This document shows positions 56,004 to 57,115 of a stretch of 57,115 nucleotides of DNA, piece after piece; positions within the stretch are counted from its first letter, which is position 1, and the number at the start of each line of letters is the position of its first letter. A program made the translations under genes and the position numbers. Source of the stretch: a virus (Duplodnaviria; Caudoviricetes). The stretch spans positions 1 through 57,115 of the IMG/VR virus record IMGVR_UViG_3300048587_000396, one strand, 5' to 3'. Below the pieces are notes generated by a model, which had not been told where the DNA came from, searched no databases, and saw nothing but the letters and a program-made list of their open reading frames with translations.

Positions 56004-56107
56004 TTTCCGACTGTAGTGCTGCGATTGTTGCTTGACGCTCTACGACTCACGTCGCTCGGGGGAAAAGAGCGATTGCATTCCGCGCTGGCGATATGCCAGG
56101 GTGGCAC

Positions 56108-56734
56108 ATGAAGGTCCACACGAGAGAGTCGATAGTCCATCAGAAGATAAGGCGGGTGGCCCGACTCCGACCTGACGTGCGAGTGAAACGGATAGAGAAC
56201 CTCACCGATGTAGGGATGCCCGACATGGTCGTTCTGCTCGGGGGAGTCACCTACTTCGTGGAGGCCAAGATGGGGAGGCTCAGGGTCAACGATGTCCCAG
56301 CAGTCCACGTCCGTCCATCTCAGGTCAATTGGATAGAGGGCTGGAGCGAGGCAGGAGGCCACGTCCTAGTGATAGTCGCACTCCCTGATGGGAGCCTGCA
56401 CTCAGTCGGGCCTGAGTTCGTGCGAGGACTACGACTGGAAGGACTACGGAGCGAGTTCGTCGTGCGGTCCGTGCGGGGACAGCTGACTTACGAGGGATTG
56501 TATTCGCTGTTGAGCGCGTGCCAGTATGGCGCCCATGTCAAAACGCCCAGGTCCTCCAAGGTGGAAATCCCAGGGTCGCGCAGAGAGCGCGCCGATGCCA
56601 CCCGATTGGCCGCGCGTTCGCGCTCAGGTGTTGCGAGAGGAGCCGATGTGCCGTTCGTGCTCGAACAACCTGAGACGAAGTCCGTCAGAGGAAGTGGATC
56701 ACATCGTGCCTCGATCTCAAGGAGGGTCCGATGA
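56108..56734 (+). CDS. VRR-NUC (PD-(D/E)xK) nuclease
   Basis: RIEN...GMPD....G..YFVEAK...RPSQ..W......GG; C-terminal ~70 aa overlap HNH and may be spurious. Confidence 0.8.
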   Translation: MKVHTRESIVHQKIRRVARLRPDVRVKRIENLTDVGMPDMVVLLGGVTYFVEAKMGRLRVNDVPAVHVRPSQVNWIEGWSEAGGHVLVIVALPDGSLHSVGPEFVRGLRLEGLRSEFVVRSVRGQLTYEGLYSLLSACQYGAHVKTPRSSKVEIPGSRRERADATRLAARSRSGVARGADVPFVLEQPETKSVRGSGSHRASISRRVR

Positions 56735-56939
56735 CCGAGCGAACCTTCAAGCACTCTGTCGTGAGTGTCACGGATTCAAAACGGTGAGGGAGTCTCACAA
56801 CCTCCCCCCTAAGCCGACCATCACCTGGACTGGTGCGCCGGAAGGCGAGTGGGCTCGCGCGACTCCGGCTCTGCCTCAGTCCTCTCCGCAGAACCTGCTG
56901 AAACGTTTCCGTCAGCGGAAGAAGCCGGACTTCTCGTGA
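56526..56939 (+). CDS. HNH endonuclease (HK97 gp74-like terminase cofactor)
   Basis: R..VLREEP.CRSC...EVDHIVP..GG.DD..NLQALCRECH..KT; directly upstream of terS on the circular map. Confidence 0.9.
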   Translation: MAPMSKRPGPPRWKSQGRAESAPMPPDWPRVRAQVLREEPMCRSCSNNLRRSPSEEVDHIVPRSQGGSDDRANLQALCRECHGFKTVRESHNLPPKPTITWTGAPEGEWARATPALPQSSPQNLLKRFRQRKKPDFS

Positions 56940-57078
56940 TGGCTGGAGCAGGGAGTCATTACGAGTCCGGTTCATGCCGTTCCCGCACGGATTCGACTAT
57001 TGAATGCGGTTCTGCAATGAACATCGCAAAGCGATCACAAATGGGCACCAAAATCAGCGGGGGACCTCGCCGGGGGGG

Positions 57079-57115
57079 CGGCGAAAAACCTTGGCCCAAT
57101 CTACTGCTAACCGGC
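57079..57115. repeat. Terminal direct repeat, right copy
   Basis: 36/37 identical to positions 1-37. Confidence 0.9.

Noticed and set aside
56526-56734. C-terminal extension of VRR-NUC as a real domain
   Set aside because: It overlaps the HNH gene in another frame and reads as Arg/Ser-rich off-frame sequence
1-57115. Integrase, repressor, tRNA/rRNA genes, CRISPR arrays, IS elements
   Set aside because: None recognised by eye; absence not confirmed computationally

Overview
The window looks like a complete (circularly permuted) ~57 kb GC-rich tailed phage genome with siphovirus-type morphogenesis genes. The ends share a 37-nt repeat (36/37 identical). No integrase or repressor was recognised, so the phage is probably lytic. 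The host is probably an alphaproteobacterium, based on a GcrA-like domain and TTGCNN-N17-TAGGCT promoters. Layout: (1) 112-21843 (+) is packaging, HK97-type head, tail and lysis. (2) 21932-23452 (+) is a separately promoted pair of secreted proteins. (3) 23541-27710 (-) holds a ligase, a sulfotransferase-like gene and an SNF2 helicase. (4) 28682-32245 (+) is an early region punctuated by four copies of a covarying structured RNA element. (5) 32487-53076 (-) is DNA metabolism, including PolA, dUTPase and a thymidine-hypermodification cluster (dUMP hydroxymethylase-type thymidylate synthase, two different glycosyltransferases, a radical SAM/SPASM enzyme, an aGPT-Pplase1/5hmdU-DNA-kinase-type protein and an HD nucleotidase). 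(6) 53229-56939 (+) holds primase, helicase, an iteron origin candidate, VRR-NUC and HNH. The best candidates for new biology are the glycosyl/radical-SAM thymine-hypermodification gene set, the repeated early-region RNA motif, small ORFs built from PolA and terminase catalytic-motif snippets (possible immune decoys), and the secreted Gly-rich protein plus beta-hairpin protein pair. All protein calls come from motif recognition by eye; no database searches were run.
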